Counted from the first letter of the stretch, positions 18,121-29,255 are shown. The stretch: 64,000 nt of DNA from Candidatus Cloacimonadota bacterium (GCA_963676515.1 OY781061.1:660776-724775); one strand, 5' to 3'. Program-made: numbers and translations. The notes: generated from the sequence alone by a model not told the origin.

Positions 18121-19640
18121 TATTTTCTACCTTTTGTCAATAAACTTAATTTATTTTTTACAATTTCTCTTTCTTTTGTTTCAATACCAACTACATATAT
18201 CGAAACCAATATGTACAACCCCGATAAGAACACGAAACTACTAAACCTAAGAAAACTAGATTCTATAAAACTATGAATATAAAACAGGGGCAAAATAGAT
18301 AAACTAACATATAATATTCTAAGATAAGATATCCTTAGCAATTTTTCAATATCAAAATTTACTATTTTTTTCAATAGTATCAAGCGCATAATTGCATTTA
18401 AAACTCCTATACAAATTATAATTACCAGTATAGTATAAGGTTCATATCCATTCTTAAAGAAAACATAGGCTATTGGTAAACTCAACAACATAGCTGAACT
18501 CATTATAATTTGAAACCATTTTATTTTTCCAGTTGCCTGAACGATGGAAACAACTCCATCTCCCAAAGTATCCAATAAAGCTTTAATTATCATCAATTTA
18601 GTAAAAATAACGGTATATTTCGGAACAACTCCTAACCACAATTTAAGTAAATATTCTGTTTCAAGAAAAATAGGTAACCCTAAAATAAGAAGTAAAAAAA
18701 AACAATACTTACTAGTATAACAAACTAGTTGCTCCGTTCTAGCATGATTACCACCACTGTAATTCTTAGTTATTTGTGGAACAACAGCCTGACCTAAATT
18801 ACCAGCAAACATTTTAAGAAAAGCATTAACCTGATTAGCAATACCAAAAGAAGCATTTAAAACAGTACTAAAGAATGAATTAATTATAAGAGCAGAACCT
18901 TGTACTTGCCCAACACTAGCGGCTGCACCAAACATAATCCAACCAGAAAATTGCAACATCTCTTTATATTTTGTTTTATCTCTTTGAAATACCCACCTAA
19001 CCTGCGAATAATAATTCCTTCTACAATAAAAAATAAAAAGAGATGAATAAATAGCCAAAGCACAAGCCATGAATACAGAATATAATCTTAATTTATCACC
19101 ATCATAAATGAACAACAAACAAACCAAAATCAATGTTAAAATACTTTTTATAGTCTCAATAGAAGCCCTTACTAAGAAATTTTCTTTAGCTGTAACTAAT
19201 CCTTGATAAGGAATACTAAAAATATTAAATAGTGTAGCCAAAATTGACATCCTAAAAACAAAAAAAGCGTCATCAATCCTATTTATATCTACATTCAACT
19301 TATTAAAAATATACCATCGCCCAAGGGTTTCTGCCAAAATAATCAATAGTAATGCAATACTAATGTGAATTACCAAGCTAATATTAAATATTTTATTTAT
19401 TCCAATATCACTTCCCTTGCCCATTTCAAAAGCAATAAAACGATAGGTGGTTGATACCATTACTATATTCAGAAATGCCATTAATGTGACAATTCCTCCA
19501 ACAACACTATACAAACCAAAATCATAAACACCAAGATTTTGTAATAGTAAACGAGACACCAATAACCCTACAATAGAAGTTATTATCAATCGGATATATA
19601 ATATTATACTATTTTTAAATATTAGCTTATTGCTATTCAT
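18120..19640 (-). CDS. wzx: Oligosaccharide flippase (Wzx, MOP superfamily).
   Basis: 506 aa, about 12-14 TM helices, polysaccharide-biosynthesis-protein-like. Lies within the operon. Confidence 0.6.
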   Translation of the reverse strand: MNSNKLIFKNSIILYIRLIITSIVGLLVSRLLLQNLGVYDFGLYSVVGGIVTLMAFLNIVMVSTTYRFIAFEMGKGSDIGINKIFNISLVIHISIALLLIILAETLGRWYIFNKLNVDINRIDDAFFVFRMSILATLFNIFSIPYQGLVTAKENFLVRASIETIKSILTLILVCLLFIYDGDKLRLYSVFMACALAIYSSLFIFYCRRNYYSQVRWVFQRDKTKYKEMLQFSGWIMFGAAASVGQVQGSALIINSFFSTVLNASFGIANQVNAFLKMFAGNLGQAVVPQITKNYSGGNHARTEQLVCYTSKYCFFLLLILGLPIFLETEYLLKLWLGVVPKYTVIFTKLMIIKALLDTLGDGVVSIVQATGKIKWFQIIMSSAMLLSLPIAYVFFKNGYEPYTILVIIICIGVLNAIMRLILLKKIVNFDIEKLLRISYLRILYVSLSILPLFYIHSFIESSFLRFSSFVFLSGLYILVSIYVVGIETKEREIVKNKLSLLTKGRK

Positions 19641-19821
19641 GTTTTCCTATATCTCTCTATTAAAATACAACTTCAATATTCATTTTTGCAAATGAAAATT
19701 CTGGAAGCGTTCATCTAACATTACAAATTCCTCTCCATTACTCTTTCTAAACACTGTCTAATATATTTCTCATAATGACAGGCTAAACAGCAAATAATTA
19801 ATGCAATTCGTTCTTACAATT

Positions 19822-20262
19822 TCAGTAATTATATTGCACGATTATTGAAAAATCTCGAGTCTCACTAATAGAAAATCCATGTTTCCTATAAAAAGATCTT
19901 GCTTTAAAATTTACCTTTTTAACTTCCAAATTGACCTTGTAAAACATATTAACTTTACCAAAATCTAAACATAAATTTAAAAGTTTCTTTGCTATTCCAA
20001 TTCCTTCATATTTTTCAAGTACACTTACATTAGTTATAAACATAATTTTTGTTTTATCATTACAATATACAGCCACAAGCCCAATTAAATCTTCACCTTT
20101 CCATGCTTCAAATGTTATGGCTTTTTTAAATAATTTTTCAGAATAATCTTTTAAAACCACATAAGTATTTAAGGCAGGTATAAACAAATCAGAACATTCC
20201 TCCAAATGTGATTTAATTTTAACTTTAGAAGCTAAATTTATTCTGTATTCAATATTATTCAT
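19822..20262 (-). CDS. GNAT family N-acetyltransferase.
   Basis: 146 aa. Acetyl-CoA motif region EGIGIAKKLLNLCLDFGK and ...YRKHGF. Confidence 0.6.
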   Translation of the reverse strand: MNNIEYRINLASKVKIKSHLEECSDLFIPALNTYVVLKDYSEKLFKKAITFEAWKGEDLIGLVAVYCNDKTKIMFITNVSVLEKYEGIGIAKKLLNLCLDFGKVNMFYKVNLEVKKVNFKARSFYRKHGFSISETRDFSIIVQYNY

Positions 20263-20290
20263 GTTTGTATTTTTTAAAAAAAATATATTA

Positions 20291-21589
20291 TTAAAATAAT
20301 GTTTTTATTAATTTAAAATTCTCTTTCGCTTTTTCTTTAGTTTGAGGAATTTTAATATTCAAAATAGATCTATATTCTTGCAAATTATTCCAACATTGAT
20401 CAATTTTTTCTATTAAATCTTTTCCATTTGCAGGATTGGCTACAAAATTTTCTGCTCCAGCTTCGATTGCAAAACCTAATAATTTATGAGCTTTAGGCTC
20501 ATGACCATAATCAATTATTACTGTTGGGACACACTGGCTTAATCCTGAAACAGCAGCATGTATTCTTCCACTTACTAACATATCAAATTTACCAATGATT
20601 GCCTTTGTTGTCCAGCTATCATAAACCCCATCTAAAGCAAATACATTTTTAGCAATTCCCCTTTTCCTAACAACATCTTGTAATTGCTTAGTAATTGGAT
20701 AATCTCTACCATGAATTAATTCAAACGTTTCTTTACCTGGAATAAATCCATTTGAATGGGACATCAAACAAACAGTTGCTCCAAGAGACTCTAGATGTTC
20801 AACAGCTTCTGCAAAAACACAATAGTCTGAGTCATTTCTTGTCCATTTGTCGAAAGGTCCTTCAATAAAATTCCAACCACATAAAATAAAACCAACAATT
20901 GGATTATCTAATTTTTTAATTCCTTCTTCTCCAAAAAATTCATTTGAATTAATTAATTGATTAGGCTCAAATAGAAATGCTGGACATGCCAAATCATGCA
21001 ACTTAGCAATATCAAAACCATTATCTTCAAGTATCTTTCTACTTAAACTTTCTCTATTTGTAATAAGATCAAATCCTTTAAATACTTCTTTAGCAAATTC
21101 AAGATTTTTATTAGGTGAAAATGGGCCTGGAGAACCTGCAATCATTATTGATTTTTTATTTAAAAGTTGAGCCACTCTATCTTTACATAAACCAACATAA
21201 AATCTATCATTCCCAAGAAAATCAGCATTATCTCCCCAAATATCACCACTGAAGTCTATCACTAAGTTGCTTTTCAATACTTCATCAATATATGGTGTAG
21301 TTTTATTTATAACACCTGTAGTGGCATATTCTTTAGCTATATTTAATTCCTTTTCAGCATCAGAAAGATCATTACCTGACCATGAATAATACAAATCCAT
21401 TGGAAGGACACCAACACCTTCTCTATTGCAAAATCCTGATGACATTTGCATAGTTGTATTTATTTCACATTCAGGAAATATTTTTTTCAACTCTCTTACA
21501 AAAGGTTCAATAATGTAATAGTTCCCAATATTTCCAAATTCCATTCTTCCCCAATGTAAAGTACATTGTCCTATTATTAATATTTTCAT
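20291..21589 (-). CDS. Polysaccharide pyruvyl transferase family protein (CsaB/WcaK-like).
   Basis: 432 aa. N-terminal GNIGNYYI and C-terminal SGRIHAAVSGLSQCVPTVIIDYGHEPK resemble PS_pyruv_trans motifs. Confidence 0.5.
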   Translation of the reverse strand: MKILIIGQCTLHWGRMEFGNIGNYYIIEPFVRELKKIFPECEINTTMQMSSGFCNREGVGVLPMDLYYSWSGNDLSDAEKELNIAKEYATTGVINKTTPYIDEVLKSNLVIDFSGDIWGDNADFLGNDRFYVGLCKDRVAQLLNKKSIMIAGSPGPFSPNKNLEFAKEVFKGFDLITNRESLSRKILEDNGFDIAKLHDLACPAFLFEPNQLINSNEFFGEEGIKKLDNPIVGFILCGWNFIEGPFDKWTRNDSDYCVFAEAVEHLESLGATVCLMSHSNGFIPGKETFELIHGRDYPITKQLQDVVRKRGIAKNVFALDGVYDSWTTKAIIGKFDMLVSGRIHAAVSGLSQCVPTVIIDYGHEPKAHKLLGFAIEAGAENFVANPANGKDLIEKIDQCWNNLQEYRSILNIKIPQTKEKAKENFKLIKTLF

Positions 21590-21599
21590 TTCTTTTATA

Positions 21600-22304
21600 T
21601 TATCCTATATTACAAGAATTTAGCATTTTTAAAATTTCATCTTTATGATTAAACATCATAACATCAATAATAGATAGTCCTGGTTTAAACTCATCATCCA
21701 ATTGCTGATATTTAGGCAAACTATGTTCTAAAAACATGAGGTTAACATCGTTCTCTTCAAACTCTTTTTTATCATATAAACTATGTCCTCCAAATGGATT
21801 TATATAACAATCTGCTTTTTGATTTTTATAAATATCAAAAACTCGGTACTTATTCTTTAAATTATGATTCAATGGCAAGTTAGAAGATCTAATTAAATTT
21901 GTTTTAATATTAAGATAATCCAGTATGTTCAATAGAGAATTATATATGTATTCAAATAAATTTTCATTCTGATATTCAAAACATTTTTTAACAATCGGGT
22001 AAGCTTCATTAAAATATTTTGCTTTACTATAATTTAGTTTAATTTTCCTTAATATCTTTGGCATTTCTTTCTCAAAATAAAATGGAGAGATTTTTCTGTC
22101 ACATACATCTAAGTAATCAGAATCCTTAGCTATATTAATTGTAAAATATTCTATTTTATTATTAAACAATAACCTATTTCGGTTAAACCATCCTTTTTTT
22201 GTAAACTGAACATTATCATAAACTATAAAAGTCTCAACTGCATTTATCAGCTGGAAATACCCTATATAAGGGAAAAAATATGGTTGCATTATTGCTAATT
22301 TCAT
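21600..22304 (-). CDS. WbqC-like family protein.
   Basis: 234 aa. N-terminus MKLAIMQPYFFPYIGYFQLI is the signature opening of the WbqC-like family. Confidence 0.75.
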   Translation of the reverse strand: MKLAIMQPYFFPYIGYFQLINAVETFIVYDNVQFTKKGWFNRNRLLFNNKIEYFTINIAKDSDYLDVCDRKISPFYFEKEMPKILRKIKLNYSKAKYFNEAYPIVKKCFEYQNENLFEYIYNSLLNILDYLNIKTNLIRSSNLPLNHNLKNKYRVFDIYKNQKADCYINPFGGHSLYDKKEFEENDVNLMFLEHSLPKYQQLDDEFKPGLSIIDVMMFNHKDEILKMLNSCNIG

Positions 22305-23440
22305 CTTAAAAACACCTTTACAATTCTACAAATTTCATTTATATTTTCTTTCAATAAATCAGGATAAATAGGCAAACAAATAACCTGTTTTGTTACACCT
22401 TCAGCGATTGATAAGTTGCCAAGAGCGGCAGATGGCAAACCACTATAGGTTGGGAATTGCGATATCAGAGGATAAAAATATCTTCTTCCATAGATATTAT
22501 GTTTTTTTAATTCCTCATATAAATCATCTCTTGATTTTCCATACTTCTTTTTATCAATAAATATTGGAAAATAAGCATAATTGTGTTTTACTCCTTCTAT
22601 ATCTTTAAGAAAAGTAATTCCATCAACATCAGTTAATAAATTCCTATACAAATCTGCAATATATTTTCTTTTAGATATTGCTTCATCAATATGTTCTAAT
22701 TGTAGCAAACCATAAGCAGCTTGCAATTCATTCATCTTAGCATTTATACCTGGCGCAATTACTTTTGTCTCTCCCGCAAAACCGAAATTCTTTAGATAGT
22801 CTATTCTCTTCTTAGTCGCTTCATCGTTACAAATTATAGCTCCACCCTCAATAGTATTAAAAACTTTTGTGGCATGAAAACTCAGAATAGACATATCCCC
22901 ATAATTCAAAACAGAATTACCATTTACATCAACATCAAAAGCATGAGCAGCATCGTAAATTACTTTTAGTCCATAAGTATCAGCAATTTCCTTGATTGCT
23001 TCAACATTACAAGGTGTTCCATATACATGAACAGGCATAATAGCCGTGGTTTTTGGTGTTATCGCTGCCTCTATCTTCTTAGGATCAAGATTAAGAGTTA
23101 TAGGATCAATATCTGCAAACACAGGCTTTATACCATTCCAATGCAATGCATGTGTGGTAGCAACAAAACTGTAAGGAGTAGTTATAACTTCACCAGTAAT
23201 TCTCATTACCTGTAAAGCACTAATCAGTGCTAAAGTCCCATTAGAGAACAATGAAACATATTTCACTCCCAAATGTTTAGCTAGAGCTTTTTCAAAATCT
23301 TGATGAAACTGACCATTATTTGTCAACCATTTGCAATCCCAAATCTTTTCAAGGGACTTTACAAACTCTTCCAATGGTGGAAGAACTGGCTGAGTAACTA
23401 ATATTCGTTTTTTATTTTTTCTATTATTTGATTTACACAT
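22301..23440 (-). CDS. DegT/DnrJ/EryC1/StrS aminotransferase (dTDP-4-keto-6-deoxyhexose 4-aminotransferase type).
   Basis: 379 aa. Family-typical sequence (SFHATKVFNTIEGGAI). Lies immediately downstream of rfbB/rfbA. Confidence 0.8.
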   Translation of the reverse strand: MCKSNNRKNKKRILVTQPVLPPLEEFVKSLEKIWDCKWLTNNGQFHQDFEKALAKHLGVKYVSLFSNGTLALISALQVMRITGEVITTPYSFVATTHALHWNGIKPVFADIDPITLNLDPKKIEAAITPKTTAIMPVHVYGTPCNVEAIKEIADTYGLKVIYDAAHAFDVDVNGNSVLNYGDMSILSFHATKVFNTIEGGAIICNDEATKKRIDYLKNFGFAGETKVIAPGINAKMNELQAAYGLLQLEHIDEAISKRKYIADLYRNLLTDVDGITFLKDIEGVKHNYAYFPIFIDKKKYGKSRDDLYEELKKHNIYGRRYFYPLISQFPTYSGLPSAALGNLSIAEGVTKQVICLPIYPDLLKENINEICRIVKVFLR

Positions 23441-23475
23441 ATAATGTTTTTTAACCTTTTAATTATTAATCAAAT

Positions 23476-24363
23476 CTATTTTATTAAACTTAATAAATAT
23501 TGCCCATATTCATTTTTACACATTGATTTTGCAATCTCTTTTATTCTTTCAGACGATATCCAACCCTTTTCAAAAGCTATCTCTTCTAAGCAAGCAATCT
23601 GTAATCCTTGGCGTTTTTCAATTGTTTCAATAAAATTAGAAGCTAACGCTAAAGATTCATGAGTCCCTGTATCTAGCCACGCAAAACCACGACCCAACAA
23701 CTGCATCTTCAAATTACCCTGCTCTAAATATTCGCGATTTACAGTTTTTATTTCCAACTCTCCCCTCTCAGAAGGTTTTATATTTTTAGCTATATTAATT
23801 ACAGAATTAGGATAAAAATAAAGCCCAACTACAGCATAATTTGACTTTGGATTTTTAGGCTTTTCCTCTAAACTCAAAACTTTGCCATTCTCGTTAAATT
23901 CAGCCACACCAAAATCTTCTGGCTGACTAACTCTATAACCAAAAACTGTAGCTTTATTTTCTTCTTCCGCCATTCTCAAAGATTCCTCAAGCATTGGACT
24001 AAAGCCTTGTCCATAAAAAACATTGTCGCCTAAAACCAAGCAGACAGCATCATTACCGATGAACTCCTCTCCAATTATAAAAGCTTGAGCCAATCCATCA
24101 GGGGAAGGTTGTTCTGCATAAGTAAATTCAACACCATAATTTGAACCATCACCCAAAAGTCTTTTGAACCCAGGTAAATCATCAGGTGTGGAAATTATTA
24201 ATATATCTCTTATTCCTGCCAACATCAAAACAGATATTGGATAATAAATCATTGGTTTATCATATATAGGAAGCAACTGTTTAGATACGCCTTTTGTTAT
24301 TGGATATAGTCTCGTGCCGCTACCACCTGCTAATACTATTCCTTTCATCTTATTTGTCCCCAT
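23476..24363 (-). CDS. rfbA: Glucose-1-phosphate thymidylyltransferase.
   Basis: 295 aa. [37 protein letters not shown] is canonical RfbA/RmlA. Confidence 0.9.
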   Translation of the reverse strand: MGTNKMKGIVLAGGSGTRLYPITKGVSKQLLPIYDKPMIYYPISVLMLAGIRDILIISTPDDLPGFKRLLGDGSNYGVEFTYAEQPSPDGLAQAFIIGEEFIGNDAVCLVLGDNVFYGQGFSPMLEESLRMAEEENKATVFGYRVSQPEDFGVAEFNENGKVLSLEEKPKNPKSNYAVVGLYFYPNSVINIAKNIKPSERGELEIKTVNREYLEQGNLKMQLLGRGFAWLDTGTHESLALASNFIETIEKRQGLQIACLEEIAFEKGWISSERIKEIAKSMCKNEYGQYLLSLIK

Positions 24364-25402
24364 ACATATCTTTATAATAATCTTGATAATCGCCTGATGT
24401 AATGTTATCCATCCACTCTTGATTATCCATATACCAATCGATTGTTTTTTCTATTCCCTCTTCAAATTGAAGGGATGGTTTCCAACCCATTTCGTTAGAT
24501 AATTTTGTGGAATCTATTGCATAACGCATATCGTGACCCAATCTATCTTTAATAAAAGTGATAAGTTTCTCAGAAGTTCCAACTTCTCGTCCAAGTTTCT
24601 TATCCATTGTTTTACAAATAGTTTTAATTAAATCGATGTTAGTCCACTCGTTAAAGCCACCAATGTTATATGTTTCCCCTACTTTCCCATTGTGAAAAAC
24701 CACATCTATAGCTTTGGCATGGTCTTCAACATATAACCAATCTCTAATATTTAATCCCTCTCCATAAACAGGTAAAGGCTTGTTATTTCTGATATTGTTG
24801 ATAAATAGAGGTATCAGCTTTTCTGGAAATTGATTAGCTCCATAGTTATTTGAGCAGTTTGTAATAACTGTAGGCAGGTTAAAAGTATTGTTATAAGCTC
24901 GAACAAAGTGGTCAGAACTCGCTTTTGCAGCTGAGTAAGGAGACTTTGGATCATAAGGAGTCTCTTCTAAGAAAAAACCTTCTTCTCCCAAAGAACCGTA
25001 AACTTCGTCTGTTGAAATATGATAGAAAAGTTTACCATCAAGATTATCTTTCCAGCTCTCTTTCGCTTGGTTCAAAAGTGTTAAAGTTCCCATAATATTT
25101 GTTTGAGCAAACTCAAAAGGATTAGTTATAGAACGGTCAACATGAGATTCTGCTGCCAAATGAATAACAGCGTCTATTGAATATTTCTCGAAGATTCCTT
25201 TTACTTTTTCAATATCACAGATATCAGCTTTAACAAATTCATAATTAGAAGCATTTTCAACCTCTTTTAAATTTTCAAGATTACCTGCATAAGTAAGACT
25301 ATCCATGTTAATAATCCTGTAATTAGGGTATTTATTAACAAATAATTTCACCACATGGCAACCAATAAATCCAGCTCCACCAGTTATTAAAACATTTTTC
25401 AT
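24350..25402 (-). CDS. rfbB: dTDP-glucose 4,6-dehydratase.
   Basis: The track ORF extends to 25531 (393 aa). The conserved RmlB N-terminus [18 protein letters not shown] begins at the internal Met (codon 44). The 43-aa extension has no homology pattern, so 25402 is chosen as the start. The alternative start is 25531. Confidence 0.8.
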   Translation of the reverse strand: MKNVLITGGAGFIGCHVVKLFVNKYPNYRIINMDSLTYAGNLENLKEVENASNYEFVKADICDIEKVKGIFEKYSIDAVIHLAAESHVDRSITNPFEFAQTNIMGTLTLLNQAKESWKDNLDGKLFYHISTDEVYGSLGEEGFFLEETPYDPKSPYSAAKASSDHFVRAYNNTFNLPTVITNCSNNYGANQFPEKLIPLFINNIRNNKPLPVYGEGLNIRDWLYVEDHAKAIDVVFHNGKVGETYNIGGFNEWTNIDLIKTICKTMDKKLGREVGTSEKLITFIKDRLGHDMRYAIDSTKLSNEMGWKPSLQFEEGIEKTIDWYMDNQEWMDNITSGDYQDYYKDMYGDK

Positions 25403-25545
25403 CTCTAGGCATTCGTTTACATTTTTTTTCTCTTCCCCCGCAAAAATTGGAGCATGAAGAGGGATAAAAGCCTTAGGGGTTTTATATAAAATTCTTATAA
25501 AGTCTATTATTGTATTATATTTTATTTTCATTATGTTTTATCCGT

Positions 25546-26745
25546 TTACATCTTTGAATCTAGAGTCTTATCCAACTCTTTGTGGTTAAAGTTAACTAAA
25601 AAATCTTTCATAATTTTAACTATATCAGATTTTGATGTTTCCATTGAATCGAAAGCTTTTTCAAATTTCTGTAAAAGTGTTTCAATTTCTGAAATTGGTT
25701 TGATATTAAGATCTGAAACAACTCCTAAAGCACTATATCTATCCATAGAGACTTTTTCGGTATTAGTATAAAACTCCTCGTAAGGTTTCTCACCTGTTGT
25801 ATTACTTTCCGAGAAATGGACTGGATATTTCTCCATTTTTTGCACGCTTTTATCTAAAGCTTCTTCATCAGAACAACACAAATCCAAATCATAACCAACT
25901 TCATTTAAAAGTTTTTCTGCCATGTTAGAGAAAGTCATCACCTGCTCTTTTTGCAACTTGGGAAAATAGATTTCGCCACTATTTCCTAAAATACAGGCTA
26001 GAAGACAAATTTGTCCACTTTCACTTGGTGAAACAAAATAACGAATCACATCACTAGGTGCCGAAATAGGTTGTTTCTTAGAGATTCGCTCAAGAAATCC
26101 TGCTGGCAGAGACCCATTCGAGAAAGCCACATTTGCAAAACGCGCCGTTGTTATAGGATATTTTGTGGAGTATGTCATTATCATCTCCTCCATAATCTTC
26201 TTAGAGCCGCCCATAATATTTACAGGATTGGCAGCTTTGTCCGTTGAAACACAGAAAAAATGCTTCGGTGGAAATTGCTCTAGAAGATCTAATAATATTT
26301 TAGCATTCATAACATTATTACGAATAAGAGCCTCAACAGAATATTTATCTTTCTCACTGCGCACATGTTTGTGTGCCGAGAAATTTGCAACGATATCAAA
26401 ACCTCCCTTGCTTATAAACATCTTCTTAAAAACTGAATCGGCGTAACTCATTGGGTAAGTTACAAATTCATCCGACACAAACAGCCCCTTTGTGCTTCTT
26501 AAATCTCTTACTAATTCTGTAAGCCCATTTTCATTAATGTCTACTACTGTTAAAGATTTTGGCTTAAATGGCAATAAAGCTCTAATATAAGAGCTCCCAA
26601 TAGTTCCAGCACCGCCAATTACCAAAACTGATCTTCCTTCAATCTCTTTTAAAAGTTGTTCTCCATTTTTTTCTAAATCTTCAAAAAACATACTCTGATC
26701 ACGCTTAGTCACATACTTTGAAATAAAATCATTTATATTTATCAT
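25546..26745 (-). CDS. CapD/PglF/WbpM-family NDP-sugar 4,6-dehydratase (polysaccharide biosynthesis protein), soluble catalytic domain.
   Basis: 399 aa. VLVIGGAGTIGSS Rossmann motif and FISKGGFDIVANFSAHKHV region. Confidence 0.6.
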   Translation of the reverse strand: MININDFISKYVTKRDQSMFFEDLEKNGEQLLKEIEGRSVLVIGGAGTIGSSYIRALLPFKPKSLTVVDINENGLTELVRDLRSTKGLFVSDEFVTYPMSYADSVFKKMFISKGGFDIVANFSAHKHVRSEKDKYSVEALIRNNVMNAKILLDLLEQFPPKHFFCVSTDKAANPVNIMGGSKKIMEEMIMTYSTKYPITTARFANVAFSNGSLPAGFLERISKKQPISAPSDVIRYFVSPSESGQICLLACILGNSGEIYFPKLQKEQVMTFSNMAEKLLNEVGYDLDLCCSDEEALDKSVQKMEKYPVHFSESNTTGEKPYEEFYTNTEKVSMDRYSALGVVSDLNIKPISEIETLLQKFEKAFDSMETSKSDIVKIMKDFLVNFNHKELDKTLDSKM

Positions 26746-26894
26746 ATAATCCCTAAATTTAGAATTTATTGTGAAAATTAAAAGTTCTTTTAATTTTACT
26801 CTTATTTAATGCCTACTAACAATGTCTTTTAGCTTTGGTATATAATCTTTTGTCTCTACAAGTTTAATATAACACCCTCTATTATAACTAAAGA

Positions 26895-27905
26895 CTATTT
26901 CTTTTGCAAATTCTCCCAATACCACTCACAAGCTTCTTCTAAACCTTGCTTAACACTATATTGTGGATTGTAATTTAATGTCTCTCTTGATTTGTTTATA
27001 TTTGCCAAAGAATGAGGGATATCCCCTGCTCTATTTGAGCCATGAACTATGTCAACATTAGCAATTCTTGAATCAAATTTTGAAAGATTTCTTTTCAAGA
27101 TTTCAACCAATTCATTCAAATTTGTTCGTTCTCCGAAAGCTACATTAAAGACAGAAAAGCTGTTTTTTTCTACAGATTTCACCTTTTCATAATCAACTAA
27201 TCCTGCACATTGATTTGCTTGAAGAACATTCTCAATGTAAGTAAAATCTCTTGAATAGCTTCCATCACCATTAATCACAGGATTTTCATGCTTCATCAAT
27301 TGCATTACAAATTTAGGAATAACAGCGGCATAAGCTCCATTAGTGTCCTGTTTTCTTCCAAAGACATTAAAGTATCTTAATCCAATAGTTTCAATTCCAT
27401 AGGTATTGTAAAAGTTTTCTGCAATAAGTTCGTCAGTATATTTTGTGATTGCATAAGGAGATAGTGGCTTGCCAATAACATGTTCAACCTTAGGCATATT
27501 TGTTGAATCTCCATAAGTTGAAGAACTTGCAGCATAAACAAATCTTTTTACACCAGCCTCTTTAGCAGCAAAAAGTATTTTTACAAATCCTCCAATATTC
27601 ACATCCGTACTTGTTATAGGATCCACAATAGAACGAGGAACAGAACCTAACGCTGCCTCATGGAAAACAAGATCACAGCCTTCTACAGCCTTTACACAAT
27701 CCTCATAATTTCTAATATCACCTTCTATTAGAGTGAAATTTGAATTAGTTAAAAAAGATTCTACATTATATCTATGACCAGTTGCAAAATTATCTAAACA
27801 AACAACTCTATTATTTTGTTCTAAAAGTTTATTACATAGATTAGATCCAATAAATCCAGCACCACCAGTAACTAAAATCTTTTTATTTTTTATTTCTAAA
27901 CTCAT
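26895..27905 (-). CDS. UDP-GlcNAc(A) C4-epimerase (WbpP/TviC-like SDR).
   Basis: 336 aa. [44 protein letters not shown] is typical WbpP/TviC. Paired with the adjacent dehydrogenase. Confidence 0.75.
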   Translation of the reverse strand: MSLEIKNKKILVTGGAGFIGSNLCNKLLEQNNRVVCLDNFATGHRYNVESFLTNSNFTLIEGDIRNYEDCVKAVEGCDLVFHEAALGSVPRSIVDPITSTDVNIGGFVKILFAAKEAGVKRFVYAASSSTYGDSTNMPKVEHVIGKPLSPYAITKYTDELIAENFYNTYGIETIGLRYFNVFGRKQDTNGAYAAVIPKFVMQLMKHENPVINGDGSYSRDFTYIENVLQANQCAGLVDYEKVKSVEKNSFSVFNVAFGERTNLNELVEILKRNLSKFDSRIANVDIVHGSNRAGDIPHSLANINKSRETLNYNPQYSVKQGLEEACEWYWENLQKK

Positions 27906-27934
27906 AAAAATTACACTCTAAAATTAATAAACAT

Positions 27935-29236
27935 TTACAATCTTCCGTCAACCTTTTGTCTATCCCAAAGTCCTTTTATATCATAAATTATTGAATCTTT
28001 ACTTTTACTGTATTTATCAATATTAAAATCAATAAATTCATTATGAGATACAGCTAAGACAATGCTATCATACTTGTTTTCTTTAGGTTTATCTATCAAA
28101 TCTAAATTATATTCATGCTTAACTTCATCAACACTAGCCCATGAATCATAAACATCAACATCACATCCAAACGCTTTTAATTCATTAATTACATCTACAG
28201 CTTTTGTATTACGAATATCAGGACAATTTTCCTTAAAAGTAATACCAAGAACTAAAATCTTAGCTTTTTTAACCTTAAGCTCTTTATTAATCATTAATTT
28301 GATAATCTCTGAAACTACCCATTCACCCATACCATCATTCATTCTTCTACCTGCTAATATAATCTCTGGATTATACCCTACTTCCTGCGCCTTTTGAGCA
28401 AGATAATATGGATCAACACCAATACAATGTCCTCCAACCAAACCTGGTTTAAACGGCAAAAAATTCCATTTTGTACCCGCAGCCTCAAGAACATCACTAG
28501 TATCTATTTCAAGTTTATTAAAAATTTTGGAAAGTTCATTTACAAAAGCAATATTTATATCTCTTTGAGAATTTTCAATAACCTTAGCAGCCTCAGCAAC
28601 TTTGATTGAAGAAGCCTTGTGAGTTCCTGCAACAATAACTGATTTATAAATATTATCAACCAATTCTGCAATTTCAGGAGTTGATCCTGAGGTAACTTTC
28701 AAAATTTTTGTAACGGTATGTTCTTTATCTCCTGGGTTTATTCTTTCTGGCGAATATCCCACAAAAAAATCCACATTATATTCCAATCCAGAGACTTTTT
28801 CTAAAACAGGCACACATTCGTCTTCTGTAGCTCCTGGATAAACAGTAGATTCATAAACAACCACATCTCCATTTTTTAAAACTTTACCAACTGTTTCACT
28901 TGCTTTATAAAGTGGAGTTAAAACTGGCCTATTATTCTTATCTGTAGGCGTAGGAACTGTAACTATATAAAAATTAGAATTTTTAATATCCTCAATATCT
29001 GTAGAAAATTTAATCCCTACTTTCTCATTAGATTCTTCAACAACCTTTTTGAGATATGAATCAGAGATTTCAAGAGTGGAATCTTTCCCACTTTTTAACT
29101 CATCAACTCTAGCTTTATTAATATCAAATCCAATAGTTTTGAATTTTCTTCCAAATTCAACCGCTAACGGTAAACCAACATAACCTAATCCTATTACTGC
29201 TATTTTTGGTTCTTTATTTGCTACTTTATTGGTCAT
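27935..29236 (-). CDS. UDP-N-acetyl-D-glucosamine 6-dehydrogenase (WbpO/TviB-like nucleotide-sugar dehydrogenase).
   Basis: 433 aa. KIAVIGLGYVGLPLAVEF N-terminus. Central GGHCIGVDPYY-type catalytic Cys region. Confidence 0.8.
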   Translation of the reverse strand: MTNKVANKEPKIAVIGLGYVGLPLAVEFGRKFKTIGFDINKARVDELKSGKDSTLEISDSYLKKVVEESNEKVGIKFSTDIEDIKNSNFYIVTVPTPTDKNNRPVLTPLYKASETVGKVLKNGDVVVYESTVYPGATEDECVPVLEKVSGLEYNVDFFVGYSPERINPGDKEHTVTKILKVTSGSTPEIAELVDNIYKSVIVAGTHKASSIKVAEAAKVIENSQRDINIAFVNELSKIFNKLEIDTSDVLEAAGTKWNFLPFKPGLVGGHCIGVDPYYLAQKAQEVGYNPEIILAGRRMNDGMGEWVVSEIIKLMINKELKVKKAKILVLGITFKENCPDIRNTKAVDVINELKAFGCDVDVYDSWASVDEVKHEYNLDLIDKPKENKYDSIVLAVSHNEFIDFNIDKYSKSKDSIIYDIKGLWDRQKVDGRL

Positions 29237-29255
29237 TTTTTATTCCTTATTTTTT

